Shown: positions 47,900-59,925 of the stretch, in pieces
Layout: every line of letters begins with the position of its first letter
Position numbering within the stretch: the first letter of the stretch is position 1
Source of the DNA: an uncultured Acidobacteriota bacterium
GTDB lineage: Bacteria > Acidobacteriota > Thermoanaerobaculia > Multivoradales > JAHEKO01
Assembly (NCBI GenBank): GCA_963713825.1
Contig: CAVQNG010000025.1
Location: forward strand, 352,001-416,000
DNA length: 64,000 nt
Direction: 5' to 3'
Notes under the pieces: generated by a model
What the model was told of the DNA's origin: nothing
Seen by the model: only the letters and a program-made list of their open reading frames with translations
Databases searched by the model: none
Position numbers and translations under genes: made by a program

Positions 47900-48310
47900 T
47901 CAGAGCAAGTAGGAAGACAGGAGGGTGTAGCGTCCCAGCTCGTGTCTCTGAGATGCAATGGTCGCATCGGAGCTCACCAGTGGCGCGAGCCACGGCTGGG
48001 GATCGATCGACGTCACCTCGTCTAATAGGAGTGAGGAGGACGGGTCGAATTGAGCGGTCGGAGCCGAATCGATCGGCTCGCGATCGAGCGGAGCCGAGCA
48101 GCAAGCGTTTGCAGCGGGGGCCAAGGACCCCCGATCTGGTGACTCATTGGCTGCATCGTGGCAGCCAGGCATGGAGGCGCCGGTACCGGCCATGGGGCAG
48201 GCAGACATCTGGCAGACGCCCGAGTCCGCGGAGTCACAGCCCCAGGCAACTGGCGAGGACAAGAGAAGCAAGAGTCCCGTCAGAACGTAGATGGTTCTTC
48301 GAGTAAACAT
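47900..48310 (-). CDS. Small Cys/Met/His-rich exported protein upstream of the cus operon
   Basis: Signal peptide followed by C..C...CPM...MPGCH...CC. Same strand as, and directly upstream of, the TolC gene. Confidence 0.6.
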   Translation of the reverse strand: MFTRRTIYVLTGLLLLLSSPVAWGCDSADSGVCQMSACPMAGTGASMPGCHDAANESPDRGSLAPAANACCSAPLDREPIDSAPTAQFDPSSSLLLDEVTSIDPQPWLAPLVSSDATIASQRHELGRYTLLSSYLL

Positions 48311-48480
48311 AGTGATCTTGGTGGACCTTCTGCTCACAAGATAGAGATCCACTCACGATCTGTCAAGCTGGCAGTGCACGGGCCCCCGAGGTGGTACGGT
48401 ATTAGATGGAGCATCTAAAGAGGTCCCTGCCAGGAGTTGCAGGGTCTGATTGAGGAGTCTTGCAAGCCTCGAGGAGGAAG

Positions 48481-49200
48481 ATGATGACGCAGCAAGATCG
48501 ACCAAGATTCACTTATCTGGGGCATGCCACCGTTCGATGTGACCTGCCGGACGGCAAGGTAGTGCTTATCGATCCCTGGGTGCAGGGCAACCCCGCCTGT
48601 CCGGAAGAGCTGAACGAGTTCGAGCGTATCGACGCGATGCTCGTGACCCATGCCCATTTCGACCACATCGGCGATGCGGTGGAATTGGCCGCGCGCTACG
48701 GGCCCGAAATCGTCGTCGCCAACTTCGAGACCTGCCACTGGCTGGAGAGCAAGGGCGTGGCGAACACCTCCGCGATGAACATCGGCGGCAGCCAGGATGT
48801 GCTGGGCTGCAAGGTGACCATGGTCAGGGCCGATCACTCCTGCGGCATCCTGGATGGCGACCAGATTCTCTACGGTGGCACGGCGAGCGGCTACGTCGTC
48901 GAGCTGGCAGGTGGATTCACCTTCTACCATACTGGTGACACGGGACTCTTCTCGGACATGCAACTGATCGCTGAGATGCATCGCCCGGAGCTGGCATTCG
49001 TGCCTATCGGTGACCTGTTCACCATGGGTCCGGAGGCCGCCGCCCGAGCCTGTCGGTTCCTGGAGGCTCGCAAGGTGATTCCGATTCACTGGCAGACCTT
49101 TCCAATCCTTACCGGCACGCCTGTTGAGCTGGAGGAGGCGCTCACCCAGCTCGGCGGGCGCACCGAAGTGATCACTCTGCAGCCCGGTGAGTCCTACTGA
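48481..49200 (+). CDS. Metal-dependent MBL-fold hydrolase (UPF0173-like)
   Basis: YLGHA, IDPW..NP, THAHFDH, YHTGDT and IPIH. GAGGAGG RBS. Confidence 0.9.
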   Translation: MMTQQDRPRFTYLGHATVRCDLPDGKVVLIDPWVQGNPACPEELNEFERIDAMLVTHAHFDHIGDAVELAARYGPEIVVANFETCHWLESKGVANTSAMNIGGSQDVLGCKVTMVRADHSCGILDGDQILYGGTASGYVVELAGGFTFYHTGDTGLFSDMQLIAEMHRPELAFVPIGDLFTMGPEAAARACRFLEARKVIPIHWQTFPILTGTPVELEEALTQLGGRTEVITLQPGESY

Positions 49201-49224
49201 GCCGGATCGGTCTCCCTGACACTG

Positions 49225-49890
49225 ATGCCGACGAGCACTGTCGAGGACTATCTGAAGTGCATCCTGCTGGCTGAGCAGGAGGCACCCGATCAGCCTGTGA
49301 GCACCGGCCAGATCGCGGCCGCACTGGGTGTCGCTCCCGGCACGGTGACGGCGATGCTCAAGACCCTGGCCAACAGCAGTCTGGTGAGCTATGAGCCCTA
49401 TTCTGGGGTGTCCCTCACGGATCCCGGACGTCAGCTGGCGGTGCATGTGCTGCGCCGTCATCGACTGGTAGAGCTGTTTCTGGTTCGGGTCATGGGTCTC
49501 GACTGGGCGGAAGTGCACGACGAAGCGGAGCTGCTGGAGCACGCCGTGTCGGATCGCATCATCGAGCGCATGGATGCCATGCTAGGGGAGCCCGATGTGG
49601 ATCCCCATGGTGACCCGATCCCAACGGCGGGTGGAGAGGTGGAGCATCGAGAGCTGCAGAGCCTGCTCGACTGTCCGCTGGATGTCTGGCTGCAGATCGC
49701 CCGGGTCACCGATCAGACTGCCGACTTCCTCCAGTTGGTGGAGACCGAACATCTGAAGCCCGGTAGCCGGCTCATGGTTACTGGTCGCGACGAGGCCGCC
49801 GACACCATGCAGTTGGAGAGACCCGGGGTGGGGCCGTTGGCGCTGGGCTGGCGAGCGGCTTCCAAGATTCTGGTTGCCGAAAAGCCCTAG
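49225..49890 (+). CDS. DtxR/MntR metal-dependent regulator with FeoA-like domain
   Basis: EDYLK, RRHRLVELFL, VHDEAELLEH and DPHGDPIP. Confidence 0.92.
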   Translation: MPTSTVEDYLKCILLAEQEAPDQPVSTGQIAAALGVAPGTVTAMLKTLANSSLVSYEPYSGVSLTDPGRQLAVHVLRRHRLVELFLVRVMGLDWAEVHDEAELLEHAVSDRIIERMDAMLGEPDVDPHGDPIPTAGGEVEHRELQSLLDCPLDVWLQIARVTDQTADFLQLVETEHLKPGSRLMVTGRDEAADTMQLERPGVGPLALGWRAASKILVAEKP

Positions 49891-49900
49891 CTCACAAGGC

Positions 49901-50893
49901 TCAGAGACGTTCGAGTGGCAGCCAGCGGGCGCGCATCAGCAGGGAGAGACGGGAAGCGGCCCCCAGCTGCGGAGAGTTCAGCCGCAGATCAGCGCCGGCT
50001 TCCTCCAACAGGTTCAGCAGGCGAACTCCTGCCAGGAGCAGGTACTTGCCGCAGCGTCGGTAGTCTGGCGGTAGGTCCGGAACGGCCTGCGCCGATCGCA
50101 GCAGCAGAGGGCGAATCCTGGTGCACTCGGCATGAACGGCTTGGGCGAGGGTTTCGTCGTCTCCTTCTGCTGTCGCCTCCCAGGTCTCTGGTAGCTCGTT
50201 GACAGGGAGCCTGGCCTGGTGCCGCCGGAGATCCTCTCCCAGCATCCGCAACGACAGGATCCGCGACAAGGCAGCCGCCATGGCTTCGAGCGCCGGAGTT
50301 GGCGGGTGGCCGACGAGCACTTCCGCCAGCGCTCCACCCAGCTCGGCACTGTCGCGCTCTGCCGCTTCGGCGGTGGCGGGTCGACGAACCGTGGCTCGGC
50401 GACGAGCGGCGCTGATCAATCGATCGAAGCCGTTGCGCGACCAGGGGATGTGTTGCTCGAGTCGAGCGATCTGGAGGAAGACGGGCTGCCCCTGGGGATC
50501 GCCAGTGAGGGCAGCCTCCAAAGTGAATTCCCAGCGATTGATCTGGGCCAGCCGCTCACCTTCGAGCCCGCCCTGACGAGCGAAATCGAAGAGTGTGAAG
50601 GCGTAGGTGGCGAGCGCCTGTACCCGGCGGCGCTCGGTGCCGGATAGCAGTGTCAGAGCTGGCGCGAAATCGAGAAGAAGTCGCCGGGTGACCTCCGCGC
50701 AGAGGGCTGCCGCCTCGCGAGGATCGCCGCCTTCGAGGGGACGGCTGATCTCGTCGACGAGGCGACTATGGTGGCTGGAGACATAGTCTTCGGCCTGGCG
50801 ACTGACCTCCGGCGGCTTTTCGGCATTGCTGACAGGCCTGCCCGGGGCTTCAGTCAACAGGGATTGTCCCGGCTGTCTTCTGTCCTCGCTCAT
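49901..50893 (-). CDS. Squalene/phytoene synthase-fold protein with degenerate motifs
   Basis: YAF..FDF and L.EDL....RLP positions match the SQS/PSY layout, but the Asp-rich motifs are absent. Confidence 0.65.
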   Translation of the reverse strand: MSEDRRQPGQSLLTEAPGRPVSNAEKPPEVSRQAEDYVSSHHSRLVDEISRPLEGGDPREAAALCAEVTRRLLLDFAPALTLLSGTERRRVQALATYAFTLFDFARQGGLEGERLAQINRWEFTLEAALTGDPQGQPVFLQIARLEQHIPWSRNGFDRLISAARRRATVRRPATAEAAERDSAELGGALAEVLVGHPPTPALEAMAAALSRILSLRMLGEDLRRHQARLPVNELPETWEATAEGDDETLAQAVHAECTRIRPLLLRSAQAVPDLPPDYRRCGKYLLLAGVRLLNLLEEAGADLRLNSPQLGAASRLSLLMRARWLPLERL

Positions 50894-51104
50894 GAGTGAT
50901 GGGGTCCTGAATCGGTCGATCGATCCTAGCAGTCGAAGGCGGCCCGGGGCTCAGATGGTGTCACGTCTTCGGCGATGCAGAGAGATATGGAAATATGGCG
51001 ATTAGATATACTGGCGGCATCTCTTGGGCAGGCGATCCAGGGGCAGTTCCGATGGCTGTGAAGGGCTCCATTCCTGTTCGAAGGACGACTGACTAGATTT
51101 CCAT

Positions 51105-52157
51105 ATGTCGATGGCGAGGCAAGACCGAATCAAGCGTCGCATGATTCGTCAGGTGGTGCGCGACAATCTCGAAACCATCGAGGGAGCTCGCCCCCGACGA
51201 CGGGGACGCCGTCTCCGGACGGTGCTGACCGTGGCTCGGGTACTCTTCCTGGTCGCGCTTCCGGCTGCCCTGTTCACCTCCTCCTACGTCTTGTCGACCG
51301 TGGCCGCCGAGTGGCGGGAAGACGTCTGGTTGGATGGGGCTCAAGGCGCCAGGACCTCCACACAGGCCCCCAGGGTCTTCAGCGAAATGGAGCCGCTGCC
51401 GCCGATCGAGACGGGCCGTTCCCTGGTGACGCCCCAGCCGATCGATCCGTCCGTGCTGCCTCTGGCGCTGCACACCGTGGTGCTGGATCCAGGCCATGGA
51501 GGAGACAACGAAGGAACGGTCTCACCGACAGGCCTCATCGAGAAGGAGATCACACTGGACATCGCCCAGCGCGTCCAGAGCCTGCTCGAGAGCTACTCGT
51601 ACAAGGTCGTGATGACGCGCCGGCGGGATGTCGATTTCTCGCTCAAGCAGCGAGCCGAGTTGGCCAACGAGGCCAGGGGTGACATCTTTGTCTCCATTCA
51701 CGTGAACTGGATCGAAAATCGGGAGGTCCGGGGTGTCGAGACTTTCTTTCTTGGCGCCACCGAGGACCCCTACTTGGAAGCCCTGGCGGCGCGAGAGAAC
51801 CAGAACTCGGGTTACTCGTTGGCCGACTTCCGAGACATCCTGGAGCAGGTCTACGCCGGGGTGAGGCAAGAGGAGTCCCGGCAGTTGGCGGGCGCCATGC
51901 AGCAGGCGCTTTACGAATCGCTGAAGGCCGTGAACTCGAAGGTTCGGGACCGCGGCGTCAAGAGTGCGCCCTTTGGTGTCCTGACCCACACCGAAATGCC
52001 CGCCATCCTGGCCGAGGTCTCTTGTGTGTCCAACGACGTCGAAGCCCGGCTCCTGATGACGCCGATCTACCGTCAGTATCTCGCCGAGGCCATCGTGGAG
52101 GGTATTCAGATCTATGCCCGCAGCCTCGGCCAGTCCAACAACCGCCTCGAGGGTTGA
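51105..52157 (+). CDS. N-acetylmuramoyl-L-alanine amidase (Amidase_3), N-terminally membrane-anchored
   Basis: LDPGHGG, EKE, SIHVN and PAILAE (Zn ligands and catalytic Glu). Arg-rich N-tail followed by a TM helix. Confidence 0.92.
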   Translation: MSMARQDRIKRRMIRQVVRDNLETIEGARPRRRGRRLRTVLTVARVLFLVALPAALFTSSYVLSTVAAEWREDVWLDGAQGARTSTQAPRVFSEMEPLPPIETGRSLVTPQPIDPSVLPLALHTVVLDPGHGGDNEGTVSPTGLIEKEITLDIAQRVQSLLESYSYKVVMTRRRDVDFSLKQRAELANEARGDIFVSIHVNWIENREVRGVETFFLGATEDPYLEALAARENQNSGYSLADFRDILEQVYAGVRQEESRQLAGAMQQALYESLKAVNSKVRDRGVKSAPFGVLTHTEMPAILAEVSCVSNDVEARLLMTPIYRQYLAEAIVEGIQIYARSLGQSNNRLEG

Positions 52158-52160
52158 TCG

Positions 52161-53207
52161 ATGTCCGAAGACACACCAGAGCAGGGAAGCGAGAGGGTGC
52201 TCAATCTGGGAGTCGATTTGGGCACTTCCAGAAGCTCGGTGTCGGCTTCGAACGGCGTCCGCCAGGCGGTTGAAAGCTACGTTGGATGGCCTCTCGACAT
52301 GGTGGCCAGCAAGGTTCTGAAGAGAGATGTGCTGGTGGGGAAGGAGGCGATCGACAATCGCCTGATGCTGGATCTACACCGGCCGTTGGAACGGGGGCTG
52401 ATCAAAGAGGGGTCGGAGAAGGATGTTCTGGCAGTGCGCGAGCTGCTGAAGCATCTGGTCTCGTTGGCCCTGGCGGGGGCTGATCGGGAGAGTCTGCTGA
52501 TCCAAGCCGTGGTTGGCGTTCCGGCGGAGGCCCTGAGAGTCAACAAGCAGCAGCTGCGCAGCGCGCTCAAAGGAATCGTGGACTCGTTGATGATCGTTTC
52601 CGAGCCCTTTGCAGTGGCCTACGGCTTGGAGTCGCTGGTCAACGCATTGATCATCGACATCGGAGCCGGCACAGCGGATTTCTGTGTCATGCACGGCAGG
52701 TACCCTCTAGAGGAGGACCAGCGTACGCTGCCCATCGCCGGCGATCATGTGGACGAGCAGCTCCACCGGCTGATCACCTCCAAGTACCCAGACGCGAAGA
52801 TCTCACTCCACATGGCCCGCGAGTGGAAGGAGAGGTTCAGCTTCATGGGAGAGCCCATCGAGAAGGTATGGATCGTGGCGCCGGTCCAGGGACGCCCCAC
52901 GGAGTTCGACGCAACCGAGCCGATGCGGGCGGCCTGCGAGAGCTTGCTTCCAGCTGTCAGGGAGACCATGCTGGATCTGATTTCGCGGGTGCAGCCCGAG
53001 TATCAGGACAAGGTGCGCAACAACGTGATTCTTTCCGGGGGTAGCGGTCTGATTCGCGGCTTCGGACTGGCCCTGCAGGAAGCCCTCGAGGAAGTTGGCG
53101 GTGGTCGGGTCAGGGTGGTCGCCGACCCTCTCCATGTCGGGGCCGACGGTGGCCTGGCCCTGGCCATGGATGCGCCGCCCTCGGAATGGGACAAAGTGGC
53201 CGCGTGA
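52161..53207 (+). CDS. MamK-like bacterial actin
   Basis: GVDLGTS, VVGVPA, VSEPF, DIGAGT, QPEYQ and SGGS. Length and motifs match MamK as recalled, better than MreB. Confidence 0.85.
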   Translation: MSEDTPEQGSERVLNLGVDLGTSRSSVSASNGVRQAVESYVGWPLDMVASKVLKRDVLVGKEAIDNRLMLDLHRPLERGLIKEGSEKDVLAVRELLKHLVSLALAGADRESLLIQAVVGVPAEALRVNKQQLRSALKGIVDSLMIVSEPFAVAYGLESLVNALIIDIGAGTADFCVMHGRYPLEEDQRTLPIAGDHVDEQLHRLITSKYPDAKISLHMAREWKERFSFMGEPIEKVWIVAPVQGRPTEFDATEPMRAACESLLPAVRETMLDLISRVQPEYQDKVRNNVILSGGSGLIRGFGLALQEALEEVGGGRVRVVADPLHVGADGGLALAMDAPPSEWDKVAA

Positions 53208-53261
53208 TCCCCCTCCCACACTCCCGGCCCGGGGCTTGGGACTTGGGCATGTAGGATTTTC

Positions 53262-53303
53262 CCCAGGACCCAGGACCCAGGACCCAGGACCCAGGACCCA
53301 GGA
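53262..53303. repeat. Perfect heptamer tandem repeat (CCCAGGA)x6
   Basis: Read directly from the sequence, between convergent genes. Preceded by inverted variants GGGGCTTGGGACTTGGG. Confidence 0.95.
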
Positions 53304-53321
53304 CCTGGGCTGCCGTCCCGC

Positions 53322-54626
53322 TCAAAGCGGAATCCGAACGATTGCGGGTGGAGGAAAGTCCTCCAGGTCCGCTTCAGCATCGATCGGAGGCGAGGCGGTG
53401 ACGAACACGAAGCCGTCACTGACCGCGCTGGTGTAGGGATCCAAACCCTCCGCAAGGCCGATGTTCAGCTGGTGAAGGTGCGTTGCTTGCCGGCCCGTTG
53501 CATCGAGCTCGATCCACACCACCCGGTTGTTGAGCGAGGGCTGGTTCTGCACCAGGATCAGCCTACCCTCCGCCCAACTCAAGCCGTCAGCCGAGACCAG
53601 TGTGAGATCGCCTTGCGGAACGACTCGCTCGACCGCACCTGTGGCCGCATCAATGGCGGAAAGTCCCTCTGCGTGGGCGACGTAGATGGTCCGCCCATCG
53701 CCGGAGGCTGCAATGCCGTTGGCGAAACCGAACTGGGGGAGCTCGAGGAAGATCTCCAGTGCTTCGGCCCCGGGCGGTAACCGATAGAGCTTCCCGGCGA
53801 GGCTCTCGGTGAGCCAGGCAGTTCCGTCGGGAGTGACAACCACGTCATTGACCAGCAGGATCTGATCGGTGTCCGGAACCGGATATCGAGCCACGAGCTC
53901 ACCGGTATCGACGTTGTAGCGCACGAGCTCGGCGGGATGTGTCATCTCCGCCATCGAGGTCGAGCCTGAAGCGGCCCAGAGCTCTCGGCTGTCAGCATCG
54001 ACCCACATCCCGAGGACTGCGCCGAGACCGTCGTTCGCCGAATCGCCAAGGTCGGAAACGGTTCCATCCGGAGAGATGCGGACGATCTTGCGCAGCAGAA
54101 AGCTGCCGGTGAACAGGTCGTCGGTAACGGCATCCCAGGCGATTCCTTCAGGAGAGAGCCTCTTTTCATCGAATGTAACGAAGACCTCGGCGGGCTCCTG
54201 CGGTTCGCCGTTGGCCCGGATCTGGTCGGCCACCCGAGCGAAGTCTGGATGATCCAGCAGTGGCTCGAAGATGGGCTGGTCGAGCTGTGTGGTCGTGCCT
54301 CCAAGACGGCCCAGAGTAGACAAGTGAGCGACGGCTTCGTCCAGCTGCCCGAGCCGGACCTCGACCTCGGCAATGCGCTCGTAGACAATCGGGTGCTCGG
54401 GGGCCACAGCCAGGGCCTCGAGATAGATCTGGTGCGCCGACTCCCAGTCCTCTTCGGCTTTGGCTTGTCTGACATCCTGGCCGAGGACTGCGAGATTGGT
54501 GGTCCTGGTCTCGGCTACCGGAGCCGTCTCCGGGGTACGGGGCGGTTCGGGTTGTGGACTCGAATCGGAGCAGCCGTGAGTCAGTAGAGTCAGGGCGATC
54601 AGGGTAGGTCCGAAACCTCGCAGCAT
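53322..54626 (-). CDS. Lipoprotein with TPR and SMP-30/gluconolactonase-like beta-propeller
   Basis: LTHGC lipobox. PEGIAWD, NDVVV, ANGIA and ADGL motifs. Confidence 0.8.
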   Translation of the reverse strand: MLRGFGPTLIALTLLTHGCSDSSPQPEPPRTPETAPVAETRTTNLAVLGQDVRQAKAEEDWESAHQIYLEALAVAPEHPIVYERIAEVEVRLGQLDEAVAHLSTLGRLGGTTTQLDQPIFEPLLDHPDFARVADQIRANGEPQEPAEVFVTFDEKRLSPEGIAWDAVTDDLFTGSFLLRKIVRISPDGTVSDLGDSANDGLGAVLGMWVDADSRELWAASGSTSMAEMTHPAELVRYNVDTGELVARYPVPDTDQILLVNDVVVTPDGTAWLTESLAGKLYRLPPGAEALEIFLELPQFGFANGIAASGDGRTIYVAHAEGLSAIDAATGAVERVVPQGDLTLVSADGLSWAEGRLILVQNQPSLNNRVVWIELDATGRQATHLHQLNIGLAEGLDPYTSAVSDGFVFVTASPPIDAEADLEDFPPPAIVRIPL

Positions 54627-54721
54627 CGACTTTCCCTCTTCAGTGTTGACCTGAGTACGGTCTCGGCTCAGTCTGGTTTCGTCTGAGGATACAGTGAGCC
54701 CCCTTCGAAATCGCCTCTGAG

Positions 54722-56146
54722 CTAGGGAACGACTGCCGACCAGTAGCGCCAATCCCCTGATTCGAAGCCATCCCCGAAGATCACCGCGATGCCCTCGTAC
54801 ATCCCGATGTCGACCGTCCCGTTGATGATTCGGGGTGTGCCGTCGAAATCGGCGACACCAAGACCACCCGGCGGATCGTTATCGCCAGCGTCCTCGGCAG
54901 GTGAGCCGGGCTCCAGATGGTAATCGAGGTTTTCCGGATCGGTAAAGAGTGGATCGAGACCGATCAGATTGGCACCGTCGTCCAATCTGGCCGACGCCTC
55001 CAGGTCCACCAGGTTGCCGAAGGAGATCGTGTTGTAGAGGCTGATGTCGCCAAACTCGTAGATCGCCAGATGCAGCCCGGTATCCGTGTGGTCGGCTGCG
55101 GTGAGGTTCGTCAGGTGAATCTGCCCCGAGTCGATCACATAGGCATACACACCGTCGGATTCGCCCTGGGCAATTCCCGAGTCCCTCACGGTTATTGTCG
55201 AGACGTCCGTCGCCATGGCTCTGAGCTGAGAGCCCCCTGCGGCCCCCGTTGCGGTATTGAGCATGACTCCTGTTCGTTCGATCACGGCGACAGCAGATTG
55301 TGAAGATTCAATGCTCAAGCCGGAAGCAACCCTGACATCTCCGATTGCCGTGTTGTTGAAGATTCGCGAGTCCAGAAGTCGACCCTGGGCGAAGTGTTCC
55401 GTCCTTAGATAAACCCCACCTCCCAGGGCATCATCGCCACCGGGATTCTCAATGCTGTTGCCGTCGAACTGAGAGTCTTCGACAGTAAAATGGGCGTTGC
55501 CACCAGCCATGATCGAGAGACCGGCTCCATAGACCGCAGCCTGATTGCGGCTGATCGCCAGGTTCTGTTGGGCGACCAGGTTACTGATTTCCAGGCTCTC
55601 ATCGCCGTCGATATCCGCACTCACGCCACCACCATGAACCGAGCCCGATGAAATCGACGTATTGCCGATCACCTGCAGGTTCTCGAGCTCGACACGTGCA
55701 CCGCCTTCGAGAAGAATCTGGATTCCGGCCCCTTTCTCCGCCTGCCCATTGGTGACGGTGAAGCCCTTCAGCAAGAGCTCACCTCCGTCAATACGAACCC
55801 TCGCTACCGCATTCTCCTCACCGCCGTCGATCACTGTCGTGGTCGGGTCGTTGTCCCTTGTCGAGAAAGGGCAATCCCAGCCACCCGTCATCTCGACCCT
55901 CCCGGCATCGAAGGTCTTTGGGAAGAGAAGATTCTCCTCGTATGTGGAGTTACCCTGGATCCTTATCTCGGTGTCGTCACCTACGACCAACGCATCGATA
56001 GCATCCTGGATATCGTCGTAGGTGCCACACGTCCCTACCGTGGAGATCGTTGTCTGAGCGACTGAGCCCACCGGCAGCAGGACCAGCAGAAGGCCACATA
56101 GGCCGAAACTCGACAGACACGTCCGATTCTTGATTGCCGATTTCAT
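54722..56146 (-). CDS. Secreted right-handed beta-helix protein with C-terminal IFGDGFESGD motif
   Basis: YDDIQDAI, TVIDG, GGG/N-rich repeats, DYHL..GSPA.DAG...DIGMYE and the IFGDGFESGD tail. Confidence 0.8.
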   Translation of the reverse strand: MKSAIKNRTCLSSFGLCGLLLVLLPVGSVAQTTISTVGTCGTYDDIQDAIDALVVGDDTEIRIQGNSTYEENLLFPKTFDAGRVEMTGGWDCPFSTRDNDPTTTVIDGGEENAVARVRIDGGELLLKGFTVTNGQAEKGAGIQILLEGGARVELENLQVIGNTSISSGSVHGGGVSADIDGDESLEISNLVAQQNLAISRNQAAVYGAGLSIMAGGNAHFTVEDSQFDGNSIENPGGDDALGGGVYLRTEHFAQGRLLDSRIFNNTAIGDVRVASGLSIESSQSAVAVIERTGVMLNTATGAAGGSQLRAMATDVSTITVRDSGIAQGESDGVYAYVIDSGQIHLTNLTAADHTDTGLHLAIYEFGDISLYNTISFGNLVDLEASARLDDGANLIGLDPLFTDPENLDYHLEPGSPAEDAGDNDPPGGLGVADFDGTPRIINGTVDIGMYEGIAVIFGDGFESGDWRYWSAVVP

Positions 56147-56181
56147 TGGATCCCTCCATGATTCGATTCGGAGACTGGTAG

Positions 56182-59860
<3,679 letters not shown>

Positions 59861-59925
59861 GCGGCAACTGTATCAGCGGGAGAATCGATGAACGGCGGGC
59901 GCAGGGACTAGAATCGAGGTGGAGG

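Noticed and set aside
53262-53303. CRISPR array
   Set aside because: The units are 7 nt with no spacers, and there are no cas genes.
50900-54700. Magnetosome gene island
   Set aside because: Only the MamK-like gene is present; no other mam/mms genes are recognisable in the window.
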